In this document: piece after piece, positions 51,695-61,479 of the stretch
Numbering within the stretch: position 1 is the stretch's first letter
How the letters are laid out: each line of letters begins with the position of its first letter
DNA from: Limnothrix sp. BL-A-16
GTDB taxonomy: Bacteria; Cyanobacteriota; Cyanobacteriia; CACIAM-69d
Direction of reading: 5' to 3'
Length of the DNA stretch: 64,000 nt
Assembly (NCBI GenBank): GCA_041937175.2
Contig: CP166615.1
Span: 992,001-1,056,000 of the forward strand
The notes under the pieces: model-generated
The model's database searches: none
What the model was told of the DNA's origin: nothing
What the model saw: the letters and a program-made list of their open reading frames with translations, nothing else
Position numbers and translations under genes: made by a program

Positions 51695-51902
51695 CCCCGT
51701 TCACCAACCTTGAGATCCACAGGCTGAGTTTTCGGGCCATCAAGCTTCGGGCATGGAGCAACGGGCCGGGGGTTAGGGCGATGGTTGACTGGGGCCCGCC
51801 AAGAGACCTAAGGGCATGGGCGAAAATCAACTAAAAACAAGTACAAATAGTCGTAAACAGGTGCAGATAGACACAAAGAAGCACAAAAAGATAAAAAGAG
51901 AC

Positions 51903-51935
51903 AAAAATAAATCGAGGAACTGAGCGCTCCTCGAT
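51903..51935 (-). terminator. intrinsic terminator (minus strand)
   Basis: ATCGAGGA...TCCTCGAT stem followed on the minus strand by TTATTTTT. Confidence 0.65.
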
Positions 51936-52163
51936 CGCTTCGTTTGATATTCATCAACCAGGTTCAGCAGTCGATCGCCCATGAATTAGCCACATGAATT
52001 AGCCAATTGATGGCGGGAAATCGCCACTAAACCCATCAATAACCTCATTCCTAGAGGAGTCCCAATTACCCCTAAACATTCAGTCACGGCGAGGAGAAAA
52101 ACCAACGAGCGCTAGGTAGGTGATCAAACACTTAACTTAACCCTTGGGGATCAGCTCTCTGGG

Positions 52164-52313
52164 CTATTCAGTCCAATTGGAGCCGAGATAGGGTTCATCT
52201 TCAAAAGGCTGCACGCCAACTGCGGGATAGTCGTCGTGGTCGGGCGCGAAAATTTCACCAAAGCCTTCCAAGACGTATTGCATTGAGGATGAGAGCGAAG
52301 TCCAGAATTGCAT
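52164..52313 (-). CDS. 49-aa small protein, AtpTheta (ATP synthase inhibitor)-like
   Basis: GGAGG Shine-Dalgarno; MQFWTSLSSSMQYVLEGFGEIFAPDHDDYPAVGVQPFEDEPYLGSNWTE with an amphipathic helix and DDYP..GVQPF. Family assignment is from recall. Confidence 0.65.
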   Translation of the reverse strand: MQFWTSLSSSMQYVLEGFGEIFAPDHDDYPAVGVQPFEDEPYLGSNWTE

Positions 52314-52573
52314 AACCTAACCTCCGGCTCCATCAATTAAGAGGGAATGAAATGGCTTACCTTCAGCATAGGGAAGTTTCCTGAGAGCTGGGATCGCTCC
52401 GTGATAAATCGATGAATTTCGATGAATTTCTCAATGTTTTGTGTGCTAATTTTGCGCAGGAACTTCCTGGAAATTGAGAATTTCAAACAATTCTTGGCAA
52501 TTTGCCAGCTTTGCAAGTCCTCCCAGTGACTGCTCAGACGTTCCTTCAGGATTCGCTGTCGTTAACCTGTTCT

Positions 52574-53155
52574 ATGGCCATTCGGATTTACGGTAACCGA
52601 TCGCTGAAAACGCTACCCGGCCAAACAACCCGGCCGACTGTTTCGCGGGTAAGGGAGGCGTTGTTTCAAATTTGGCAAGGAACGATCGGGGGTTGTCGTT
52701 GGCTGGACATTTGCGCCGGATCCGGATCGATGGGCGCGGAGGCCCTAGCGCGGGGGGCGGTTTTGGTGGTGGGGGTGGAGCAGTTGCCCCAAGCCTGCGG
52801 AGTGATTCGAGACAATTGGCAACGCATTGCCCGATCGCCCCAACGGTTTGAAATTGTGCGGGGAGATGCGCCACGGGTCTTGGCTCGATTGCGAGGCCAA
52901 CGGTTCGATCTCATCTATTTCGATCCGCCCTATGCCGGTGGCCTGTATGAACCGGTTTTGCAGGTTGTTGCTGGGGCGCAATTGTTGGCGGAGGCGGGTG
53001 AATGTGCGGTTGAGTTTAATCCTCGACAGTGGCAGCCGCCGCTTCAGGTGGGCCAGCTTCGGTGCGATCGGGTCAAGACCTATGGCAACTGTGCCCTGGC
53101 TTTTTATGGCTGGTCTGAGGCAACCGCACCTGAGGAAACCCTAGATCTTGCCTGA
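52574..53155 (+). CDS. rsmD: 16S rRNA m2G966 methyltransferase
   Basis: TRPT..RVREALF, LDICAGSGSMG.EAL.RGA and FDPPY motifs. Confidence 0.93.
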   Translation: MAIRIYGNRSLKTLPGQTTRPTVSRVREALFQIWQGTIGGCRWLDICAGSGSMGAEALARGAVLVVGVEQLPQACGVIRDNWQRIARSPQRFEIVRGDAPRVLARLRGQRFDLIYFDPPYAGGLYEPVLQVVAGAQLLAEAGECAVEFNPRQWQPPLQVGQLRCDRVKTYGNCALAFYGWSEATAPEETLDLA

Positions 53156-53381
53156 AGTGGCCCTGGCTGATGATATTTATCCAGAGCCTGTATGGATCTT
53201 CCTAATGTAGATCTTCTTGTATAGATAGGTTTTGTACAGAAACGATGACTCAACCCCTTCCAACTAGTCCCGCAGGCTGCAACAGGTAGTCTGGCACACA
53301 GCAGCAGCGGCAACGGCTGCACCATACTCGATGGTCGGGAACCCAGCGTGTGAAGCGATCGCCGCTGTCTGTCCGGGGGCC

Positions 53382-55244
53382 ATGAAACCGCGAATTATCA
53401 TTTGTGGCTTGGGGCGCACGGGTTACAAGGTTTTTAATTTGTTGCACCAGCAGGGGGCGGCGGTCACGGGCATTAGCGATCGCCCTTTGCCGGGAATGAA
53501 CAATGCGCAGGTGGTGGTGGGGGATCCCACTTCGGCGGCGGTGTTGCTGTCGGCGGGGGTTGCCACGGCCCAAACCCTGGTGTTGGTGGGCGATCGGGAC
53601 TCGCAGAATTTAGCGATCTTGATGCAGGCGCGATTGTTAAACCCGAATTTGCGGGTGGTGCATCGCCTCTATAACGCTCAGTTGGGCGATCGCCTGGATT
53701 CCACCTTGGCGGATCACAATAGTTTGAGCGTTTCGGCCCTGGCGGCTCCGGCGTTTGTGTTTGCGGCCTTGGGCAGTCGGGCGATCGGGCAAGTACGACT
53801 GTTTGATCGCCTTTGGCCGATGCGGGAAGAGGCGATCGATTTTGGCCATCCCTGGTTGGGGCGACGGCTTTCGGAACTGTGGGACGATCGGGATCGGATG
53901 CTAATCGACTACTTGCCAGTTACGCCAGTCGATCGAGGGAGCAATCGTTACGACCCAGAAGACCCACACCGAGAGGCCCATCGCGAGGCCGCACGCGATT
54001 TTTCCCGGGATCTCCAGGGTTATCCCGATGAGCCACGAGGCGACGTGCGCTTTGCGGATCGCCCCAACTTGGTGGCTGCCCTCAGCCTGGCCCGGGAACT
54101 GCAAGTGGGCGATCGGCTGATTGTGGCCACGCGCCCCACACGCCGACCGTCCCAACTGAAACGCCGCCAACGGTTACAAAGTTTTTTCGATGGTTTGGGG
54201 CGTTTGGGTCACCAAGGCCGCCCGGCGGCGATCGCCTTTGTGGTGCTGTTGCTGGCGATTGTGGTGTCCACCATTCTCTATGACGTGGCTGCCAACACCC
54301 ATTTATCGCTGATTGAAGCGTTCTATTTTGCCGTGGGCACAATTACCGGGGCCGGCGGCAAGGAAGATATGCTCGATCGGGCCCCCGATGCCCTCAAAAT
54401 CTACACCGCTCTGTTGATGTTGGTGGGGGCTGGCATTGTCGGGATTTGCTACGCCCTGCTGAACGATTACATCTTGGGAACTCGGTTTCAGCAGGTTTTG
54501 GAGGTGGTGCGGTTGCCCAAACGCGGCCACTTCATTGTGGCCGGGCTGGGAGGTTTGGGCCTCAAAACCGCCCGGGAACTGCGGGCCCAAGGTTGCGAAG
54601 TGGTGGTGATTGAACAGGATCCCCACAATCGATTTTTGGCCACCGCCCGATCGCTGCAAATCCCCGTGGTGATTGGGGATGCCACCCTGCCAGAAACCTT
54701 AGTTGCCGTTGGGGTTGAGCGTGCTGAAGCGCTCCTCACCACAACTCAAGATGAATTGGCTAACCTGGAGATTGGGCTAAATGCCCGTACCATCGCCCCT
54801 CGGCTAGCGATTGTGTTGCGCAATCAGGATCCCCAATCGGCCATGATGATGCAGCAGGTTTTTGAATTTGAAACGGTGCTCAGTCCCGTGGAGCTTGCTG
54901 CGCCGGCCTTTGCGGCGGCCGCCTTAGGAGGGCGGATCTTGGGCAGTGGTGTCACGGGCGATCGGCTGTGGGTGGCCCTCGGAACCCTCATCACCCCCCT
55001 CCATCCCCTTTGTGGCATGGATGTGGAAACTGCCGCCATTCACCTTGACTTTGTGCCGCTATATCTGGAGCGCCCCGACCACGCCACCATCCACGGCTGG
55101 GAACTGCTGCAAACCATTTTGGGGGCCCATGATGTTTTGTATCTGTCCATTCCCGCCTGTTACCTCGATCGATTGTGGCGTTTGGCAAGCGATCGCATCC
55201 TCAATCAACATCACGACAAGCAATTTCGACGGATCGATCGCTGA
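53382..55244 (+). CDS. TrkA/RCK double-domain channel-like membrane protein
   Basis: Two Rossmann motifs (CGLGRTG and AGLGGLG) flanking a 2-TM pore module. Confidence 0.85.
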   Translation: MKPRIIICGLGRTGYKVFNLLHQQGAAVTGISDRPLPGMNNAQVVVGDPTSAAVLLSAGVATAQTLVLVGDRDSQNLAILMQARLLNPNLRVVHRLYNAQLGDRLDSTLADHNSLSVSALAAPAFVFAALGSRAIGQVRLFDRLWPMREEAIDFGHPWLGRRLSELWDDRDRMLIDYLPVTPVDRGSNRYDPEDPHREAHREAARDFSRDLQGYPDEPRGDVRFADRPNLVAALSLARELQVGDRLIVATRPTRRPSQLKRRQRLQSFFDGLGRLGHQGRPAAIAFVVLLLAIVVSTILYDVAANTHLSLIEAFYFAVGTITGAGGKEDMLDRAPDALKIYTALLMLVGAGIVGICYALLNDYILGTRFQQVLEVVRLPKRGHFIVAGLGGLGLKTARELRAQGCEVVVIEQDPHNRFLATARSLQIPVVIGDATLPETLVAVGVERAEALLTTTQDELANLEIGLNARTIAPRLAIVLRNQDPQSAMMMQQVFEFETVLSPVELAAPAFAAAALGGRILGSGVTGDRLWVALGTLITPLHPLCGMDVETAAIHLDFVPLYLERPDHATIHGWELLQTILGAHDVLYLSIPACYLDRLWRLASDRILNQHHDKQFRRIDR

Positions 55245-55321
55245 AACTTCCCCTTCGTCATTGGCAGGGAATCTGCTCGATCGCTAAATCCTGCATGGTT
55301 TTCACCAATATCCCTTGATTT

Positions 55322-55346
55322 CTATTGCCGTCAGTTGCGGCAATAG
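55322..55346. terminator. hairpin downstream of the RCK gene
   Basis: CTATTGCCG-TCAGTTG-CGGCAATAG; no clear U-run. Confidence 0.4.
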
Positions 55347-55623
55347 AACAGCATTTTCGACTTAATTTGATCAGCAACCTGCCACCGGGGCCCAATAACT
55401 GCGGTATGATCAACAGCATCAGATAATTAAGAAAAAATTAATAACAAAAACAAATATGTATTTGTACTCAGGCTTGAACAACGTTGATCGAGCTACTCGA
55501 TGCTTAATTAGATCTGGGGCCAAGCCTTAAATTTTTAATTTTCCTAGCCTAAAAGTTGTGAAATTCAGGAATATCAAGGTGCAATTCAGCTTTCGTCAGC
55601 ACACAAACTTCTACTAAAAGTCC

Positions 55624-57399
55624 ATGGCTTCCTCTAGCTTATCTCCTCTTTTCGTGGCCAAAAAGTTTCAATTTCAGTTTCAGCAGTGGAAAGCAGCCAT
55701 GATTAGCTTCAAGCCAACCGCGATTCGCTCCAAAATTGCCAGCGGTTATCTGGTTGCTTTAGGGATTCCAATCATCGGAGCCTCGATCGGGATTTTGATT
55801 GGTAATCACTACCAAGCAGCCGCCGACCAAAAATTAGCAGAATATCGCGAAGATCAAAGGCGATTGTTGGATTTACAAATTAATATTTTGTCCAACTTGC
55901 CCGCAAAATCCCTGAGTCCCTTTACCCATGACTCAGTATCTTTCCGCAAAGCCGGTCAAGCTTTGATCAAACGAATTGAAACTGTCAGCGAATTGACAGA
56001 AGGAATGGCCACCGATGATCGGCCCCTATTCATCCAAAATAGAACCGCCTTTAAGCAATATGCAACGGTGGTGTCAGAGTTTTCAAGCTTTGTTCAGCGA
56101 TCGATTAAGATAATTCAACCGTTGGCCGGTAGCATCAAGAATCAGTACAAGGTTGATGCAGAAATTGGCAAACTCCTCCGTAGCCAGGAATTTAATAACT
56201 TCATCGCCTTCACCAATGTTTTGGAGTCCTTAAATATTGATGCCAATCAAGAACTATTAACTGCGGTTCAAGATCGGCGCGAGGCAGAAAATTTTCGACT
56301 GATGATGGCGGTCGGGAGTATTTTTCTGGCGTTGTTGGTATCGGTGTTGCTTGGTAATTACACCAGCCGCACGATCGCCCAACCGATCGAAGATCTGGCC
56401 AGCCTTGCCCAACAGGTGACCCACGATGCCAACACCCGACTGCGGGCCGATGTCACGACCGTTGACGAGGTGGGAACCTTAGCCCAATCCGTGAACCAGT
56501 TGATTGAGTGGGTGGAAAACTACACGCGAGATTTGCAAGCGGCCCAGTTGCAATTGGTACAAACAGAAAAGATGTCTAGCTTAGGAGAATTGGTGGGCGG
56601 ATTAGCCCATGAAATCAATAATCCGATTAGCTTTATCTACGGCAACTTGGGCTATGTCGATCAGTATGTCTCTGATTTGATTTATTTGGTGAAATATTAT
56701 CAGGAAAAATATCCCCAAGATGAAACTGATATTGATATGGAAGAGAAAATTGAAGAATTAGAATTTGTAATTGAAGATCTGCCTAAAATGCTGATTTCCA
56801 TGAAATCGGGAGCGGAGCGGATTCGCGAACTGGTGGTTTCGTTGCGCAATTTTTCACGGTTGGATGAAGCTGATCTCAAAGCCGTTGATTTGCATGAAGG
56901 ACTAGAAAACACCCTGTTGATGTTGAACTATCGCCTACAACATTGCCGTTTGGAAGATGATATTAAAATCACCAAGCGCTATGGCGACTTGCCGGAAGTT
57001 GAATGCTATCCAGCACAGCTCAATCAGGTTTTTATGAATGTGTTGGACAATGCGATCGATGTTTTGAGTGATGAATCAATCCTCCATCCTGAAATTACCC
57101 TGAGCACCCAGGTCATTGATTCCGAATGGGTACAACTGAGCATTACCGATAACGGCCCAGGCGTTGAAGAAGCGATTCAGGGTAAGTTGTTTGACCCGTT
57201 TTTCACCACCAAGCCGATCGGGCAGGGAACGGGCTTGGGCTTGGCGATCGCCTATCAGGTGGTGCAGCAACATGAAGGGCAAATTCGAGTGATTTCAGCA
57301 CCGGGTCAAGGGACTACCATTCAAATTGAGTTGCCCATTCAACAAAAATTAGAACCCGAGGAAAATATGCAACCAGCTTTGGAAAAAGCTTTGGCGTAG
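55624..57399 (+). CDS. HAMP-domain membrane sensor histidine kinase
   Basis: Two TM helices, HAMP (DEVGTLA), LAHEINNP and GTGLGLA. The start may be at 55699. Confidence 0.92.
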   Translation: MASSSLSPLFVAKKFQFQFQQWKAAMISFKPTAIRSKIASGYLVALGIPIIGASIGILIGNHYQAAADQKLAEYREDQRRLLDLQINILSNLPAKSLSPFTHDSVSFRKAGQALIKRIETVSELTEGMATDDRPLFIQNRTAFKQYATVVSEFSSFVQRSIKIIQPLAGSIKNQYKVDAEIGKLLRSQEFNNFIAFTNVLESLNIDANQELLTAVQDRREAENFRLMMAVGSIFLALLVSVLLGNYTSRTIAQPIEDLASLAQQVTHDANTRLRADVTTVDEVGTLAQSVNQLIEWVENYTRDLQAAQLQLVQTEKMSSLGELVGGLAHEINNPISFIYGNLGYVDQYVSDLIYLVKYYQEKYPQDETDIDMEEKIEELEFVIEDLPKMLISMKSGAERIRELVVSLRNFSRLDEADLKAVDLHEGLENTLLMLNYRLQHCRLEDDIKITKRYGDLPEVECYPAQLNQVFMNVLDNAIDVLSDESILHPEITLSTQVIDSEWVQLSITDNGPGVEEAIQGKLFDPFFTTKPIGQGTGLGLAIAYQVVQQHEGQIRVISAPGQGTTIQIELPIQQKLEPEENMQPALEKALA

Positions 57400-57535
57400 C
57401 AACCCGGTCAGGGCTTCCCGCGATCGCGCCATGGAAAATCCAGCGTTCAGAAGTTTGATCATCGAATCCCGATTCGTTGTATGAATTTGGTGTCCGAGTT
57501 TGGTGAATTTGGCCCATCTAAGGTGCATCAATCCG

Positions 57536-58177
57536 ATGACTGAAATTTCTGTGAACCGTTGGCAATCCACCGATCATGCCCTCAGCTATTTGGCGCGGGC
57601 CGATCGAATTCCGCGTCGCACTGAAGGGGAAGCGGCCCTGCTGGAACAAGTGCCGAAAACGGTACAGAGCATTTTGGATTTGGGTACGGGTAATGGACGA
57701 CTGCTGGCGTTGCTGAAGGTCGATCGCCCGGCGGTGGTGGGGGTGGCGCTGGATTTTTCGGAAACCATGTTGGCGGCGGTGCGCGATCGATTTGCGGCCG
57801 ATGACAAGGTGACCGTGGTGGCCCACAATCTCGATACCCCCTTGCCAGAGTTGGGGAAATTTGATGCGATCGTGTCGAGTTTTGCGATTCATCACCTCAG
57901 CCATGATCGCAAGCGATCGCTCTATCAAGAGGTATTTCAACGACTGGAGCCGGGGGGCATTTTTGCCAACTTGGAACATGTGGCTTCGCCAACACCCCAG
58001 CTCCATGAGCAATTTTTGAAAGCGATTGGCTATCGACCAGGAGAAGATGACCCATCCAATCAATTATTGGATGTTGAAACACAGCTTCAATGGTTTCGAG
58101 ATATTGGCTTTCAGCAGGTTGATTGCTATTGGAAGTGGTTGGAAATGGCGCTGCTAATTGGCCTCAAACCAGCCTAA
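57536..58177 (+). CDS. class I SAM-dependent methyltransferase
   Basis: ILDLGTGNG, AIHHL and LEPGG motifs. Confidence 0.9.
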   Translation: MTEISVNRWQSTDHALSYLARADRIPRRTEGEAALLEQVPKTVQSILDLGTGNGRLLALLKVDRPAVVGVALDFSETMLAAVRDRFAADDKVTVVAHNLDTPLPELGKFDAIVSSFAIHHLSHDRKRSLYQEVFQRLEPGGIFANLEHVASPTPQLHEQFLKAIGYRPGEDDPSNQLLDVETQLQWFRDIGFQQVDCYWKWLEMALLIGLKPA

Positions 58178-58449
58178 GTTTTTGGGGATCAATGGGCGAA
58201 TTTCAGGATGTTTCCTGGATTTTGGCGTTTTAAAGCCAGCGCGATCAGTTACAGTCCTTTACAATCGAATCGATTCAGGCCGCAACCCCAGGAAGCGACA
58301 ACGGGGCAAGATGGCCGCGTCGATCGCCCGCTGGATCCGTAGCCGGGGCATCGAGGGCTTGCCTGAAGCCTGTCTGAGCAATGCCGGTTTGGGTCACGGC
58401 TGCCGACCCCCTTTAACCATTCAAAGAACTTTAGAAAACCCGAAGCCCT

Positions 58450-59349
58450 ATGACTGCGCTGGTTTCCCCGACTGACTCCCTGGCCCAGGAGGCCTTTCAA
58501 ACCTGGCTGTGGCGTGGCTACCGAGTGCAATGGTTAGCCCAGGGCAGCGGCCAGCCGATCGTGCTGTTGCATGGGTTTGGGGCTTCGATCGGCCATTGGC
58601 GCAAAAATATCCCCGCCCTGGCCGCGGCCGGCTACCGGGTCTATGCGATCGACCTGTTGGGGTTTGGGGGATCCCAAAAGCCCCCGATCGATTACAGCAT
58701 GGAGCTTTGGCAAGATTTGGTTTTGGATTTTTGGGCTGAATTCATCCAAGAGCCAGCCCTGTGGGTGGGTAACTCGATCGGGGCGCTGTTAGCCCTGATG
58801 CTATCGGCGGCCGCTCCGGAGCGCACCCGAGGAACGGTGCTGCTGAACTGCGCCGGAGGGCTAAATCATCGCCCTGAGGAGTTGAACCCGGTGTTGCGGT
58901 TGGTGATGGGCACGTTTGCCCAAGTGGTGAATACCCCAGGAATTGGGCGGTTCATGTTCAATCAAATTCGCCAAAAACACCGGATTCGCGGCACGCTCAA
59001 GCAGGTTTATGGAAACCCAGAAGCCGTTACGCCGGAACTGGTGGATTTGCTGCATGAACCTTCCGGGGATGAGGGCGCATACGAAACCTTTGCCTCAATT
59101 TTGGCCGCACCGCCGGGCCCCAAACCCGAAACGCTGCTGCCCCAAATTGCCGGGCCGCTGTTGGTGTTGTGGGGGGAAACGGATCCTTGGACACCGATTC
59201 AGGGAGCCAAAATCTATCAGGATTTGGCGGAAACGGCGGGCGATCGGGTAACGTTCTTGTCGATTCCCAATACGGGCCATTGCCCCCACGATGAGCGTCC
59301 CGAAGTTGTCAACTCGGCGATCGTCAACTGGCTGAGTCAGATGGCCTGA
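58450..59349 (+). CDS. alpha/beta hydrolase
   Basis: LHGFGASIGHW, GNSIG and GHCPHDE motifs. Confidence 0.92.
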   Translation: MTALVSPTDSLAQEAFQTWLWRGYRVQWLAQGSGQPIVLLHGFGASIGHWRKNIPALAAAGYRVYAIDLLGFGGSQKPPIDYSMELWQDLVLDFWAEFIQEPALWVGNSIGALLALMLSAAAPERTRGTVLLNCAGGLNHRPEELNPVLRLVMGTFAQVVNTPGIGRFMFNQIRQKHRIRGTLKQVYGNPEAVTPELVDLLHEPSGDEGAYETFASILAAPPGPKPETLLPQIAGPLLVLWGETDPWTPIQGAKIYQDLAETAGDRVTFLSIPNTGHCPHDERPEVVNSAIVNWLSQMA

Positions 59350-59356
59350 GTGGGGC

Positions 59357-59445
59357 GCTAAATTTTTGACGCTCGCTTAACCTTTGGCGCTAAATCTTTG
59401 ACGCTAAATTTTTGACGCTTAACCTTTGACGCTAAATCTTTGACG
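59357..59445. repeat. 14-bp tandem repeat (ACGCTAAATYTTTG-like)
   Basis: About six degenerate consecutive units. Confidence 0.8.
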
Positions 59446-59810
59446 GTTGACCGTTGGCTGACCGCTGATTAGCCGCACAACGAGGGCCCGTTGCGCCTAA
59501 TCCACGCGGCGGCCGGGCCGATCGCGTTGCAAAACCTTGCAAAATTCAAGTCAAGTTCACCGCCAAGCCGGGCCCAATGGCAATATGGACGGGCCCGATG
59601 CAATGGGCAACCCGACCCCAGGGCGATCGGCTGTTCCCGCATTTTGGAATTAGCCCCAGGCTATCCCCGCGATCGGGGTTGCCCCGGGTTCATCAACCGC
59701 AACGCTCACCCATAGGCAGGTTATGGAGAGGTGCTGTGCGAGCGCAGTGCCGACGACTTGCCAATGACGCGCAAATTACGAGACACAGCTCTGAGCTGGC
59801 CGCTGATCGC

Positions 59811-61343
59811 ATGACTGCCAATCAATCTTCCGCCTCCCGATCGAACCGTCGCGCCAAAGCTGTCAAGTTTGTGAGGCGCTGGCATTTGGTGCTGTGGACT
59901 GAGCGGCTGCTGATCCTCGTCGCTTGGCTAAATTTGATGTTGGTGGCGTTCCACATGACCTATGTGCCGCTGCGATCGTGGTACTTGCGCGCGGCCCTGC
60001 TGGTGCGAGATTGGGGCACGGAGCTTCCCTTGCTGGGCCAGGTAGTGGGGCCGCCGGGGGAAGTGCGGCTGTTCTATGACCCGATCGTGGGGATTGAGCC
60101 GGAACGCCAAACCCAGGCTTACCTGAAAGTGGTTGATCAACTGGTGACGGTGCTGGAGCGCGGGGGCGTTGATTCGCCTCAGGTGTCGCCCCTGCTGGCA
60201 GATCTGCGCGATCGCAGCCAGGAAATGATTAACCAAAATCCGTTCACCCTGTCCGATCGCACCGGTAGCCTGGAAATTATTAAAAACCGAATGCGCGATC
60301 GACTGGGTTTGGAGTCCTCCAAACGCGCCTTTGACACCTTTTGGAGTGTTGACTATCTCCGTTCGCGCACCTGGACCAGGGAACTCCGATTTTTTGATCG
60401 AGAAATTCGGTTTCAACTGCAAAGTAACTATTTTCGCAGCATTGGGGAAGACGGGCGACCCGCCGACTATTTTGGAATTTTAGATACGCCCTTTGTCATT
60501 TTGTTTGCGGTGGAATTTGTGGTGCGAACTTTGTGGATTCGTCGCCGCTACTCTGCCCTCAGTTGGCAAGCCGCTGCCTTCAGCCATTGGTGGGATTTGT
60601 TGTTCATTAGTCCCTTCTTCCGTTGGTTGCGAATTATTCCCGTCGTCATCCGTAGCAACAAGGCACAATTTCCCAACTTGGAACCGATTCGGGCCCTGAT
60701 CAGCCGAGGAATTTTGGCGGGCATTGCCTCGGAATTAACGGAAGTGGTGGTGCTGGAATTTATCTATGGTCTCCAGAGTTCGGTGAAATCCGGCAGCTTG
60801 TCCCAGCAAATTTTGGATGTGGCGAATAATCCCTATGTGGAAGTGAATGATGTGAATGAGATTCAGGCGATTTTTGATCGCGTTCTGCAACTGAGTCTCT
60901 ATCGTGTTCTGCCCGAAATTCAAGAGGATTTAGCCAAACTTTTGGCCTATCAAATGGAATCGGTTTTGGCTCGCACACCAACCTATCAAGCCCTGCGAGC
61001 TTTGCCAGGATTCAGCAATTTTTCAAATCAATTGGCGGGGCAAATTGCGGCAAATCTATCCGCCATTGCCACTAATGTGCCCCAAAAGGCCTACAAAACC
61101 TTTGCGGTTCCTGATCCTGAGGCGGAAAAGTTGCTTGAAAAATTAGTCGAGGATGCTTCGGCTGCGTTTCGTCAGGGATTGGCAGAACCGAAAACTCAGC
61201 AGGAATTGCAAGAGCTAATTTTTGATTTGTTGGAAGAGCTGAAGTTGAGCTACATCAAGCGATCGCGCGATCGGGCGGATTCCTTACAAATCTTGCAGGA
61301 AACGGAGCAGTTGCGGCTCAAGGCAGGAAAGACCAAACTTTGA
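59811..61343 (+). CDS. conserved cyanobacterial membrane protein
   Basis: YDPIVGIEP, GSLEIIKNRMR, TM segments and RWLRIIPVVIR. ATG at 59811 preferred. Confidence 0.7.
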   Translation: MTANQSSASRSNRRAKAVKFVRRWHLVLWTERLLILVAWLNLMLVAFHMTYVPLRSWYLRAALLVRDWGTELPLLGQVVGPPGEVRLFYDPIVGIEPERQTQAYLKVVDQLVTVLERGGVDSPQVSPLLADLRDRSQEMINQNPFTLSDRTGSLEIIKNRMRDRLGLESSKRAFDTFWSVDYLRSRTWTRELRFFDREIRFQLQSNYFRSIGEDGRPADYFGILDTPFVILFAVEFVVRTLWIRRRYSALSWQAAAFSHWWDLLFISPFFRWLRIIPVVIRSNKAQFPNLEPIRALISRGILAGIASELTEVVVLEFIYGLQSSVKSGSLSQQILDVANNPYVEVNDVNEIQAIFDRVLQLSLYRVLPEIQEDLAKLLAYQMESVLARTPTYQALRALPGFSNFSNQLAGQIAANLSAIATNVPQKAYKTFAVPDPEAEKLLEKLVEDASAAFRQGLAEPKTQQELQELIFDLLEELKLSYIKRSRDRADSLQILQETEQLRLKAGKTKL

Positions 61344-61479
61344 TTTCGCTCAGCCCAAATCCAGCCAACACAGACCAGCCGATGGCAACCGAGATTTCTT
61401 AACTCACGCTTAACGAACATGCTTAACTAAACTGTCGTTGGGCAAAGAGCTGAACAACGGTTAAGCGGCAGGTGATGTT

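Noticed and set aside
52151..52336. 61-aa ORF from the track
   Set aside because: The overlapping frame 52164-52313 has the Shine-Dalgarno sequence and a recognisable motif.
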